Origin: Octopus bimaculoides
Lineage: Eukaryota
DNA: 64,000 nucleotides
Reading direction: 5' to 3'
Assembly (NCBI RefSeq): GCF_001194135.2
Contig: NC_068983.1
Coordinates: 73,950,546-74,014,545, forward strand
Part shown: in pieces, positions 52,106 to 64,000 of the stretch
Position numbering within the stretch: the first letter of the stretch is position 1
How the letters are laid out: the number at the start of each line of letters is the position of its first letter
The notes under the pieces: model-generated
Told to the model about the DNA's origin: nothing
The model's input: the letters and a program-made list of their open reading frames with translations, nothing else
Databases searched by the model: none
Program-made: the position numbers and the translations under genes

Positions 52106-52515
52106 TTATATACATACATACACATGCACACAGACATGCATGCATACACATATATACATATCATTCATTTGTTTATTTAATTAAAGCATCTAAATAAAGC
52201 TGGATTAGCCATGACAAACTGTCAAAGGTATATAAAACTCCTTAGGTATTAGAAAAAAATGAAAACAAAACTGACTTAAAAGAAGAAAAAGAGGGTGAAA
52301 ACTACAGATTAAGAATAGTTAAATGTTTCTGTTGTTAGACCTTTTGGTATGAAGATCTTATTTGTGGTCAGTGGATCCTTGAAATAAATTGCATTTCTAA
52401 TCATAGTAGCCATTTTAAGACATTTCAAAATGTTCTCTCTCTGACTGGTAATTTTTGCTTTGGAACAAAGAATGCCAGCACAAAGGTAATTTCATACAAC
52501 CTCTTCATGAGAATA

Positions 52516-54022
52516 TTTGAAGTGCATTCCAAAAGTTTTAAAAGTGTTTTTTAGGAGAGGCTGTAATAACTGTTCTAGATTATTGTAATTTTAGTATATC
52601 ATTACTATGTATCTAATAAGCTGAACTACCACCTTTTGTTATTCCAGATTGAAGGAGATAACTGTAGCAGCACTTTGAACACACCCTGCAAAACACTGCT
52701 TTTCACAGTTGACTAGTTTGCAGATGGGATGTAAAGCTTAAAGTTTTGAGTTATACTGGGCAAAAACACTACAGAGATATATTGAATACTCCAGATTGCT
52801 TATGGATTAACTTCTATGAGCCAAGCATCTGTTTTTCAATGGCACAAAAGGTTCAAAGACAGCAGAGAGGAGGTGAAAGATGATATGGGAGGGATGTCAG
52901 AACATCAGACCTGGTTGAGAAAATTTGCTCATTGTATGTCTATGAAGACAATAAGATTACAGTTTGGAGTTGGTGAAGCAACAGTACACAGAATTAATCA
53001 TGAAGATCTGAACATGAGCAAAATTTGTGCAAAGTTTCTTCCCAGGGTGCTCAGTGATGAACAGGAGGAAAGACTTGTTGACTGTAGGGAGATGGTTGAG
53101 CTCATTACCTCCAATCCAAGAGAGCGTGAGACTTTGGTGACCTGTGATGAAAGCAGGATCTACTGCTATGATCCAAAGTCCATGAGGCCATTGCCTCCTG
53201 GCTCTCTATTGTAAAACAGTCTTTTACCACTTTTGTATCTGTCTTTTGACAACAGTTGTCGCTCTGACAGATATTGTTATATTCCAAATTCGTTGATAGA
53301 GTGGTTCTATCTGGCACTGTACAACCCCCAGTCATACAGTGTTATTATCCTCAAATGGTTGGAATGTTATAACGTCCACTCAGTACCACAATAAAGTTAC
53401 TATATCAGCACAGACATGACTATCAACACAAACTACATGTACTTTTGACCTTCTGTCAATCAGCTACTGGTCTATTTATAATGGCTGGTTACTACCACTT
53501 TTTACTGAGAGGGGTGTACAGTTTCACTATACAACACTCTGATACCCAAGAAGGCCAGGCAAAGCAAGTCCACTAGAAAGCTCATGAGGATCCCCTTTTT
53601 CAACAGCAATGGTATCCACTACACCCACTGAGTTCCCTCTAACCAGATGGTCAACAAAGACTACTTTATGCAGGTTTTGAGGTAGTTCAGGAAGAGATTT
53701 TGTCATAAAAGACCAGGGTGTCTGTACCAGAACAATGCACCAATCCACAATTCCATTCTGGTAATAAACTACTTGAGATGAGCATCAAAACTATTTCTCA
53801 TCCTCCATACAGTCCTCCCTACATTGAGAAGATGAAGGAAACTGACAAGGGTCCTGGATACCTTCATTTTGTGAGACTTACATGGGGCCTTCATGAAGTG
53901 GCTGGAGTGCTGTAACAAGGGCATTGAAGTCAGAGGATCCTACCTTGTAGATTAGAGTTTTGTACTTTGCAATAAATAAATCTCTCTCCTAAAAAGTCTC
54001 AAAACTTCTGGAATACATGTGG
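52516..54022 (+). mobile_element. Decayed mariner (second subfamily) interrupted by a ~330-bp insert
   Basis: Matching TIRs (TGCATTCCAAAAGTTTT..TTTTTAGGAGAG / CTCTCCTAAAAAGTCTCAAAACTTCTGGAATACA); VFQWHKRFK, AKFLPRVLS, VTCDESRIYCYDP, then PKKARQSKS after the insert. Confidence 0.88.
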
Positions 54023-55761
54023 AGTTTACTATAGTTCAAAGGAATATGACCAATTCAAAGCCAACAAGTCTTTACTCAGTGTATGATATTTTCTGGCATA
54101 CCAGTCAAATATTTTAGACCAAAATTTACAGCCCCAAACAGTAGGTTGGTTTGTAATACACCAAAGTGACTTTGGAGGACCAAAAATTTCAAACAATGAG
54201 GATTTGGAAAGATGTTAAAATGCTTACACTAAATACTGTCAACCTTTATACCAGAAAATGCAGTGTACATTGACAGACCTGACAGGAATAGTCATGTACT
54301 AAAGTTTGATAGTTTATCTCTGAATTCTTCCAGTATTTTTACCCCTTTGACTAATTATACCTTCAGTGAATGACTTTAAAATATAATGCATGCATGTATG
54401 CATGTACATATGCATGTATGTTGTTATTTTATGATTGCATGAATAGATATTTAACATGCAACAATGTTTGTGCATAGATATATTCAGTTTACAGTTATAT
54501 AGTAAAGTAGAAGGAGTGTTTTATTCCTGTTTTTAATTACTTTCTTTATTTTGCTTACAAATTTGTTTGTATTTCTGTGACTCCTCCTCCTCCTTTTCCT
54601 TCTCAAACTTTGTTCAAATAGGAAAGAGTTTTTTTAGTCAACAGGCCTGCAAAGATTCTGATACAGATCCCAGTCAACATATCCAAGTTTCCTTTAGTGC
54701 TGTTGTATTCTAAGCAGCCATTTCAAAATGAAATTGAAAAATTATTTCAACTTTGTTATTATTTGTTTCACTTTGAAGAGGAGCTTTTATGTTCAAAATA
54801 TTGTAAGATAAAATAAATGTTATTTGTTTTATAGAAAACAAAATCTGCATTGTCATGACTTTTTTCTTTTATTCAAGTACTCAAATATGTATATATGTGA
54901 GTGTGTGTGGCTGATATAGGTGTGTATATATTCATGTGTAAAAATAGGAACAAAAATATAATATAATTTAATTAAAAAAAAAAAAAGAGAGAAAGGAAAT
55001 AATTTTTTCAGTTTGCTTGCATATAAGTATACAAATGCCGGAGCTAAGAGCTTTGAGGCATTTTCATCGGCTATTTTGACGATAGACACTATGAAAACAA
55101 AACCGTTGAATAAAAGGGAAGTTATTCTAATCGGCATAAAAAAAATATAAAAGATATAGAATATAAAAAAATAAAACAAAAATTCACACCTTAAGCTTCA
55201 GACAGTGGGATAAAAGAAAAACGAACAAATTATCCAGTTATATATGGTTCTTAAAAGAATAAGATGTCAGCTATCAGATTCACTGGAAGATCTTGGCCAA
55301 GTGTAAACCTTATACCAACGGCAGTGGGAAGTGCAGTCTTTGTGATATGGAAAGATGGCTCGTCTGGAAAAGTTCATTAGATCCCACTACATGTCTCAAT
55401 TCAAGAACTGAACTTTTTGGATCATGTCTACATATGTTACGGTTTTGGGCCCCCCAAGATCACGGATAGACCCTGCTTTTTTATTATGTCCCTGTACAAG
55501 CCTTCCATATGTCTTAACATTTTTTATTGCTTTATATATTTTTATATTTTTTTCATTTTTTTCTTTTTTTAATTGTGTGATTGTATTCATGTGTGAGTAT
55601 ATATATTAAATGTATGTGTGTGTATATATGTGTATGTATATGAGTGTAAGACTGCATACGGTGCATAAAGGTGACTGTCATACACATGTCTCCTTCCTTT
55701 ATACGTATTTGTATGTACATATGCTTGTATATTTGCAGTTGTAGGTGTGTTGATTAATAGA

Positions 55762-55870
55762 CTGGAGCCTGGTGTTGCCATCCGGTTTCACCAGTCCTCA
55801 GTCAAATCGTCCAACCCATGCTAGCATGGAAAGCGGACGTTAAACGATGATGATGATGATGATGATGATG
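55762..55870 (+). mobile_element. Young RTE 3' end with (GAT)n tail, nested in the PLE pLTR
   Basis: CAGTCAAATCGTCCAACCCATGCTAGCATGGAAAGCGGACGTTAAACGATGATGATG; CpGs intact. Confidence 0.85.
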
Positions 55871-56374
55871 TACCTCTACATATATGTAAATTCATGTATG
55901 CCGCGAATGTGAATATATGCCTCTACGAGTGTGCATATATGTATATGTTTACGTTTGTGTATGAGTATATTTATTTGTATAAATGTCTAATTTAAGTGTA
56001 GGCATATATGTATGTGAGGATGAAATTGTGTATACATATATACGTACAATGTGTGTATATATTTATACATATATATGCATATACATGTATATGTATATGC
56101 GTGTGTGTAGAGAGAGATGTGCATATGAGCATGTAAATGTGTGTATGGGTGTGTATATATATATATATATATATACACATGTCTGTGTGAGTGTGTATGT
56201 ATGTAGATTTTATGAACGCAGAAGGTTTCTATCTATTGTGAGAATGTGGTTGCATGTTTTTGATAAATTTTTTTATTTAAATAAAAAAATTTTTTTTATA
56301 TTCTATATTTTTTCATGCCTATTAGAGTAACTTCCCTTTTATTCAATGTTTTTTTTTTTTTCGTAGCGTCTATC

Positions 56375-56445
56375 GTCAAAATATCCGATGAAAATGCCTC
56401 AAAGCTCTTAGCTCCAGCATTTGAAACTCTGAGTTCTATTATGAC
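56375..56445 (+). ncRNA. Variant type I hammerhead ribozyme
   Basis: GUCAAAAUAU-CCGAUGA-AAAUGC...GCAUUU-GAAA-CUC-U-GAG-UU-CUAUUAUGAC. Stem I 8/10 paired (9/10 with the G of the inverted copy), palindromic stem III, U4C core variant, GUU site. Confidence 0.65.
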
Positions 56446-57242
56446 AACTTACTGAGTGTCCTATACTATATATATATATATAACTGATATTGGTGAGATT
56501 TGAACAGTGTGCAGAGACTCGGATAAAATTCTGCAAGTCACTCTATTTACTGCTCCTATGACTGAGCCAATTTACCACAATAACCAGTTGAATATTCTGG
56601 TCAATTTAATCAGCAATACTCCACCACATAATTTATGTGCGTGTGTGTGTGCATCAATTAGAAACACTTATTACATTAAAAGAATATTTTATTGTTTGTA
56701 AAGAAAAGAAAAGAAAACAAAGCAAAGCAAATAAAAAGAAATCCATTGAAATGATTATTGACATAAAGCTGAGAAAGTCTTTGAATAATAAATCCATTAA
56801 GCGTGATATAGGTATGTAATATACATTTAAATTTCATTTAGGTATGAAACTATAAATTATGCCATATTAATTTATATTGGGAAATTTATAAATCCTCTGA
56901 ATATCTTCACACTTCAGTTGTGTGTGTGTGTGTGTATCTAAAAGTGCATACATATGTATGAATATATGGTCTATAACTTTGATTGCTGTATAATAATGGT
57001 TTACAGCTCCGGAGAGCTTTTAATTGGTAAATAAATTTCACAACATATCTTTCTGGCTTGCAATAAAGCAAAAAAACACAATGGGAAAAATATATATTTT
57101 TAAATAATTCAGTTTATGTCATTACTTTTTTTACTGCTTTCTGCAATATGGCTGTGGCTATGCTGGAGATACTGCTATTATTTAATTTCTGAAAGAAAAA
57201 TGTGTTTATTATATATTTATCATGTGTTTTGCATTAAATAAA

Positions 57243-58445
57243 CTAGCAAATCTACCCATCTACGATGGAGGCATAGAATGAGGGAGGGAAGTCATAACAG
57301 CAGTATGTATTGAAAAATGTGTAATGGACTTGGTAGATTACTGGGTGGTGTCTTAGAGAAATCACATTATTGTTGGTGATACAGCATTCTATTGCAGCTA
57401 TATGACATGTGTTTGTGACTAAGTGACATGTGATGACGGTTTGCTCCCCAACTAAAATAGGCTCCCAGCCACTGAATCATGAATGGTTAGGTGGACCACT
57501 CCTAACGAAGGCCAGAGCTTCCTTCAACCACTACATAAAAAAGTATTAAGAAAAAATGTTATTTAGATATACTTTTATCTTAGTTGTTTACACTATTTTA
57601 TGCTTGTTTACACTATTTTACGCTTGTTTACACTCTTACATATTTAAAGTTCACAAATTTCCTTATTTAAATTATAAATCATATTCCTTTCGATAATATC
57701 AATACAATTACAAAATGTCTTTGTAGACAATATTTTCTGTTTGGTCAATACTAATTTTCAAATTATGGGAGTCCGTAGCTCTCCTCATAGTGACGTATAA
57801 CTGGCTGTGTGTAAACACTGGAGTGGGTAAAAATACACCTACACAATCTAAAGTCTGGCCCTGTGCCTTGTTTGCTGTGAATGTGCAAGCGGAATCTTTG
57901 GAGTTGCAAAAAATCAAATTAAGACTTACCTCTCACTGTTCTATGTGAATAATGTCTTGATGTTCTGTTACCATGGGTTATTTTGATTGATAAAATTGAG
58001 ATGTAAACAACAGCTGCTTCGATTAGCCGTTTCGAATCCTACTCAAGACTGACGCACTTCAGTAACCACTAAATAATCACACACACTATATACTGACACA
58101 TACTTTTACCATTTTATTTTTGCTATTAACTGTTCTCATGACCCTCTTTGTATCTACGATGGGGAAACAAGCTATACAATAAAAATCCAGAGTTACTTGT
58201 GGTTGGTGATTTTTTTCCAACGTGGTTTATCAATCCAAAAATCGATATCCAGTAAATAATAATACTTTCTGAGTTTTTAAAGCAAAAAAAACCCTTCCTG
58301 ATGACTATCTTTGTAATCCCGAAAAATATCGTAACCATTGGTCCAGCCGACTGGCTGTGAAGAGGGAACAGACAAAGAGACGGACAGTTAGACAGACATA
58401 ATGCTATTTTTCCCAACCACAAAATCCCACGTCTTATGTGTATAA
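57243..58445 (-). mobile_element. Internally deleted Helitron retaining the Pif1 helicase C-terminus
   Basis: TANKAQGQTLDCVGVFLPTPVFTHSQLYV...NIVYKDIL (57708-57917); 3' CTAG|T at 57243 with subterminal hairpin CCATC-TAC-GATGG; (GACA)-like tract near the 5' end; 20-bp triplet repeat at 57585-57640. Confidence 0.8.
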
Positions 58446-58479
58446 CAAAAAAAGTCTAATGTTACTACTGTTATTAGGG

Positions 58480-58680
58480 CCGTGGATTGGCAGAATCATT
58501 AGAGCATCAGAAGAAAATGTTCTGGCTCTTTACATTCTGAGTTCAAATCCCACTACGGTTGTCTTTGCCTTTTATCCTTTCAGGTTTGATTAAAAAAAAA
58601 AAGTACTGGTCAATTACTAGATTTTATGGTACCAATTAAACACCTCCCCGCAAAATTACCAACAGTGTGCCTAAATTCTT
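58480..58680 (+). mobile_element. SINE family C
   Basis: TGGCAGAATCATTAG...TTCTGAGTTCAAATCCC...CTTTGCCTTTTATCC. Confidence 0.65.
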
Positions 58681-58719
58681 TATTATTTTGGTAGAAGGCA
58701 AGAAGTTTTGAGGGAGGGA

Positions 58720-58880
58720 GCAAGTCAGTTACATGGACCCCAGTATTTAACTCATACTTTATTTTACCGAGCCTCTAAGGGTTAAAGGTAGAGGTGACCT
58801 TGGTGAGATATGAACTCAGATTGTAAAGACGAAGAAGAAATGCCATTAAGCATTTTGTTCGATGCACTAATGATTCTGCC
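58720..58880 (-). mobile_element. SINE family C, inverted relative to the adjacent copy
   Basis: Homologous to 48190-48335. Confidence 0.65.
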
Positions 58881-59006
58881 AGCTTACTGCCTTCTTTGCA
58901 CTTAAATTAGAAATCATTATTATTGTTTCTGTTGTTGTTGTTAGTAAAAGAAGATAGTAATTATGAGGAACTGTATTTTTGGAAAAGTTGGTGACCAGAA
59001 TTTTAG

Positions 59007-59121
59007 AGTCAAGTGATTAAATTAGAAAGAGTACAACCCCCNNNNNNNNNNCACTCCAGCTAAATCAGGAGGCTTAGTGGAACAAGATGGCAGATTTGTC
59101 TCATCTGATGAGAAGGTGAAA
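59007..59121 (+). CDS. Candidate exon SQVIKLERVQP[gap]TPAKSGGLVEQDGRFVSSDEK(VK)
   Basis: Acceptor gaattttag; open frame on both sides of the 10-N gap (59042-59051); donor AAG|GTGAAA (59115) or AAA|GTAGGT (59121). Confidence 0.35.
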
Positions 59122-59882
59122 GTAGGTTAGTTAATGTTTGGTCCATTTTAATAAGTGCATCTAGTTGAAAGAGAAGAGATGATGCATATTACTGTTACAG
59201 CACTGCTTTGCAAACCAGTAACGTTTCTGCTGTTTATGTTTGATTCAAAATTCAGTAATTTGATATCTATATGAAATATAAGGGAAATATAGAAGACATA
59301 CATAAACACACATTTTCATATACACAAACACATATAAAAGTTTTCAATATATATCGGAGAATTTATGCATTCAGTTGAAGTTGAAGCTTTCCTCCTTTAC
59401 TAGAGTTTTATATTTTCAAAGTTTATCATGACTGGACACACTGTCTAGAAGAGCAATGAGAATCAGTGACAAACTTTGGAATTTAACTGAGGGGAGTAAT
59501 GAATAGCAAGATTAGTAGAATGCCACACAAAATGCTATGCAGTTAAGCTTTTTCACATTCTGGGTTAAAATCACACTGAGAACCAAAATTGTTTTTCATC
59601 CTTTCAAGGCCAATATATGTACCATTAAAAAACTCATCTGGTTCCAAGGTTCTCAATTGGGAAATTGTGAATTGTCACCACTAATCCCTGTTCTACACTT
59701 GCCTGAGTTCACAATATCTGTCAAAGGCCCCAGTTATAGGTCCTGTGGCTAAGGCATACATAACACAGAAAAACTGATTTCTTGAGATGCGTTTGGTTAT
59801 GCTCTTAAGTCAAATGAACAAGGTCCCATGCCTAAGGGTAAAACACACTCTGTGCTTCAATTATAAGCTCTTCTGATCTTAC

Positions 59883-59985
59883 TCTTCTGGTAAGCAGAAG
59901 ACAATAGGAAACCTGGTGTATTTTTCCTGTGCAAAACCATGACTCTTCAGATTTTGGCATGGAGGTTGTCTATGATAGCTGATTC
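59883..59985 (-). CDS. Candidate exon (G)ISYHRQPPCQNLKSHGFAQEKYTRFPIVFCLPE, or terminal ESAIIDNLHAKI*
   Basis: Long polypyrimidine tract and cctacag acceptor; donor AGA|GTAAGA. Confidence 0.3.
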
Positions 59986-60649
59986 CTGTAGGAATGGCAC
60001 ACAAAGAGAAAGAGAGAGAGAGGAGGGTGAGGGGACAGTTCTTCTCAAATTTGTCATGTTCATGTAATTTATGAAATGCCATAAATATCTGGTAACGTGG
60101 GACACATACTAGTTACCTGCATAGTCCGTCAGGTTGTTTCATCCCAGGTAAAATTTTATTGAGCAGACTTATAAAGAGAAGCATTCAGACTATGACCATC
60201 TTATCTTTTTTTAGGAGATATCTAGGAATATATTATCTAGTGAGTCTTTCTTATTGTAAGATATCATTTGAAGTAGATTTGACTGTTATTTCTTGTAGTT
60301 CGATCATTTGTGCAGAGATTCCAGTCCAGTCATGCAGGATGGGGTAGCAATATTCTCGTTAACTACTACAAGGGTAGGGGAGATATTCTAGAAAGAAATA
60401 CAGAGGTATGAAAGTAGTAGAAGGAATTATAGTAGTACAGGTAAATAGAAAAAATAATTAGTTTAGATGAGATGTTCTTCAAATCAGTATCATGCTGTAG
60501 GAACACCAATGCTCTCTTCTCAGTGATTAGCTTTCGCTAGTCTTTTTGTTTGAACATAAAAACTGATTCCTCTGTTATCAAGAAGAGAAATTAAAATGTT
60601 ATCACTGGGAATGTGATAGAAATTAATCCATAGATTTCGAACTGGAAGA

Positions 60650-60850
60650 ATTGTTAGAGAATCGAAAAATGCCTGGTGACATTTGTTCTGGCTCTTTACA
60701 TTCTGAGTTGAAATATCGCCAAGATTAACTTTGCCTTTCATTTCTAGGGCCAGTAAAATATAGAAACCAGTCAAGTGCTGGAGTCAGTGTAATCAACTAA
60801 CCACTAACTATCTTCCCTCAAAATTACTGTACTTGTGCCTAAATTAGAAA
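60650..60850 (+). mobile_element. SINE family C (diverged)
   Basis: TTCTGAGTTGAAATATCGCCAAGATTAACTTTGCCTTTCA. Confidence 0.6.
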
Positions 60851-60949
60851 CCTTTATTATTGTAACTTTGCCTTTAACCCTCCTGGGGTGGGGTGATAAT
60901 CGACTAACTCCTTTCCCTTGTGTCTAAATGATATTATCATTACTCCTGT

Positions 60950-62340
60950 TGTCAGTTCTCGAAGTGTACACCCATTTGCTTCGCTCGGTATCTAAGTCAA
61001 ATTTATAGCAATACCAAGGGAAATTTTCTTTGGAATACTAGCTAAAATGTTTTACAAAACTATGAAGAATGCCAACATTCGACGGTTAAAAGATTTGTTT
61101 TTACAGACATTTTCATAGTCAAAATATCCACAAAATCCAAATGAGGTACACGAAAAAACATTACAAAAGCTAACGAGGAAAAAAACAACACAAAAACTGC
61201 ACAACTGCAAGTATAAAAAACGAAGAAAAATGAACATTTTAATGGAAAAATATTTCAAACAGTCTAACAACCAGTTTTGAAGATAGGGACGGTAACAACA
61301 GCAGTAGAGAGATATGCACTATAAGTTCCTCATATAGCTGTGTCAAAAGCTAGTTTTGCTTCAATTATGTAACAAACAGAATTTTTGTACATAACGTTTC
61401 CGAGGAAAAAATAGTTGGGGGGGGGGGAATTCTCTATGACTAAATAGTATTTCATTGTCATGGAATCTAATTCAAAGAGAACACAGAAAATTATTATATA
61501 TCTGTGCTTTAGAAAAGATAGCATAAGACTGAATATACCCTAATGACAAGAATAAGCACTTCAGGATATTTCGTAAGAAATTCTCTGAAGTAAAAAAGGT
61601 TAAAGTTATGGTACTCTCTGCTGTTCTCTCAAAACCCAACATCTCGGTAGAAACACGGGCTGAAATTGAATTCGACATACATCTACCCATGCATTTGTGC
61701 CCAAGTACATCAGGTAAAGAAATACAAGAGTGACAATAAGAAACATTGGAAATGATGTTGATCCCTGGTTAATCACTACTTTTGTATCGCAATATAGGCA
61801 AGCGGTTAGTTAAAACAGAGCTAGCAGTGGTCGGTGAAATAGACTTGCAAGCCCTACTGACCTCCGAAGGCCACAGAGCTATGTCGAAACTGTGCCCAGT
61901 AGAAGGTGCCGAGACAAAGGGCTGAGAATGATGATACAGAATAAAAAAGCTTAGCCGTTACGTTTATCGTAGTAAAAAAAAGAACCCGTTTACACTAAAG
62001 AACAAAAAAAAGATTAGGCAAGAAAATGAGAAATCAAAGTAGAGGAGACCAGCCGAGACAGTTACAAGAGAAACAAGCCCCAGTTTCCAGAACACCATTA
62101 GTCAAAATTTCAGGAATGGCGAGAGAATCGCTTTATGTCCAATCCAAGAAACAAGTCTGTCATCTATCTGAAGCAACGATTAGCATCACTCCAAAGTTTT
62201 GTAATGAGAGAACACTACAAAACATTGGTTCTCAAGGAATGTGTCAAAGAAAACACCAAAGAAAAACGCCCCAAACAAGAAAACATCAACTAAATCGTAT
62301 GAGGTGGGACAACTTGCACAAAACAACAACGATGTGCCAC
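60950..62340 (+). mobile_element. Possible decayed LINE ORF1 (RRM-like segment, degenerate Zn knuckle)
   Basis: CpG-richer block; frameshifted pieces EIEFDIHLPMHLCP and TRVTIRNIGNDVDPWLITTFVSQY; purine-rich C-terminal tract. No RT follows. Confidence 0.35.
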
Positions 62341-62469
62341 TTCAAAAAAAAAAAAAATAATAATAATAATAAATAAATAGAAATGAAAACTATAATAAAA
62401 AAGAGAAAATGCTTTATATTTCTCATTTTGTGTAATATTTTCACCCATTCCCTTCCTAATTTCATTTAA

Positions 62470-64000
62470 TTATCTGTTCTTCGTCGTAGGATGGTGTGGT
62501 TTTACAAGTTTGGGGACGAGGTATTTGCTCATCCGCTGTTTTTGATCCAGTTCTCTATCTGGTTGATTTTCTGCTTACGCTTGTTGTTGTCAGAAGACTT
62601 GGTACCTTTTTTTGGTCTGGCAGTTGTCCAGCGTTCCAATTGGTTGATTCTCTTAAGAAACCACTGGTTTCGGTCGACTCAATGTTTATTTGTTTTTTCC
62701 CTGAGGGTCCGGTTTTAACCAGAAAACACTCTCATTGGTTGATCTTAGGATGACGTCAGCAACTGGTGCTTGGGAAGGTGTAAGGTGTTATTGTACAGCA
62801 GTTTGGAGTTAGGGTTTCGAATCCCTGAGGTAGCCTGTTACTAAAACTTTTGATATATGTCTGTTGTCTCTGGTCGTTTTACGCGAATAAATTGTGTTTA
62901 CTCATTCTGGTGTGTTTTTATAGGGTATTCGGTTGTGGTTTATACTTCTTAAGAAACATATTTTCCTCATTTACTCGGAATTGGGCTGAAGCGTTTCCAG
63001 TGCATTGATAGAGAGGGAAAAATTTGGTATTTCAGATTTCTGTTTGCGGGGTATTGATCTAAGTATTTACCTTTGGAATTTTCCTGGTTGTGGGATCACG
63101 AATCTGTTGCCTGTGTACTGTCGGTCTTTCCTTCAAGGTCAAGCTCATTTGATCCATGTATTCCCGACCACACCCGCCACATTTGTGAACATAAATTAAT
63201 TTCCTCGTTGCACAGGTGAGAGGTTTTTGATGGAGAATGTTTGACCTGACTTGAATTCATATATTGAACATTCCATTAGGTTGGTGCAGGCCTCGTAATT
63301 AGGGCGGTTACATATTTTGACTAGTGGGGTTGCATTTTTGGTGCATGATTTGGCGCTAGTGATTTAGGTCGACTTTTATTTTAAATAATTTTATGTGCTT
63401 CGAGTGCTTTTTTAGTCGCAGGTAGTTCATGAGAATGGTTATATAATGATGGATGATGTTGTATGCTTCCATGTTTCTTGGATTGTATGTTGACACGAAA
63501 GATAAAGTTTTAGGTGTGTCAGAAGGTTTTCTTGTTTTTCGTAATTCTTGGATGCCTATTGTTTTTGCACGTTCTATTCCATTATTGATTAAACTGACTG
63601 GGTATTATTTTTCTAGCAATATATTTTTAAGTTCTTTGAGTCGTTTTAACCGAGTTTCAAGATTGGACACAATCATGCAAATTCTTCTTGCTAAGATAAA
63701 AGGTATGTTGATTTTAGTATGCTTTGGATGGCAGGAAGAAAATTAGTAGGTAATGTTTTGAGTTTGTTGGTTTAAAAGAATTGTAGGTTTCAATGTTTGT
63801 ATCTCTTTTTGAGATGATTAAAATGTCTAGAAAGAGCAGTTGTTTTTTATTGTACTCCATTGTAAATTGAATATTGTGGTTAATGTTTTTAATCAAGATG
63901 TTCAGTTTGATGAGTTGATCAAAATTATGTAACCACAGAATGAAACAATCGTGTTTTCTGTTGGCGAGTAAGTATTTTCGGAAGTTATCACCAAATTTTA
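62470..64000 (-). mobile_element. Penelope-like element: RT C-half, GIY-YIG and pLTR (continues beyond the window)
   Basis: DCFILW...IQFTMEYNKKQLLFLDILI...YKP-like KPTN, SSCHPKHTKINIPF...ARRIC, YPVSLI, LSFVSTYNP, then LIYVHKCGGCGREY; frameshifted. Confidence 0.88.

Larger units (their letters stand above)
55033..56445 (+). mobile_element. Penelope-like element: inverted pLTR piece, GIY-YIG C-terminus, 3' pLTR
   Basis: 55180-55480 reads TKLSSYIWFLKE*DVSYQIHWKILAKCKPYTNGSGKCSLCDMER...LNSRTELFGSCLH; 55033-55180 is an inverted copy of 56285-56422. Confidence 0.85.

Overview
AT-rich, repeat-dominated eukaryotic genomic DNA with six N gaps and many TA/CA/GA/GAT microsatellites. The SINE families (tRNA-like heads, RTE-type GAT tails) look like those of octopus, so the organism is inferred to be a coleoid cephalopod. 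No intact long ORF is present, and most listed ORFs are microsatellite or gap artefacts. Recognisable content: decayed DNA transposons (a near full-length Tigger/pogo, three mariners, one DD37D-like Tc1/mariner, a Helitron with a Pif1 C-terminus, pogo/piggyBac/hAT-type MITEs, a ~475-bp foldback element); retroelements (a 2.4-kb RTE LINE nested with a solo LTR inside a SINE, further RTE 3' ends, at least five Penelope-like remnants, three SINE families); and a 72-bp minisatellite. Hand-found features: two well-formed minimal hammerhead ribozymes in Penelope pseudo-LTRs with inverted duplications, a phase-consistent chain of small plus-strand candidate exons (15.0-23.9 kb) of an unidentified gene, scattered candidate exons on both strands, and a pre-miRNA-sized hairpin. 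I see no evidence of a wholly new multi-gene system. All translations and folds were done by eye.
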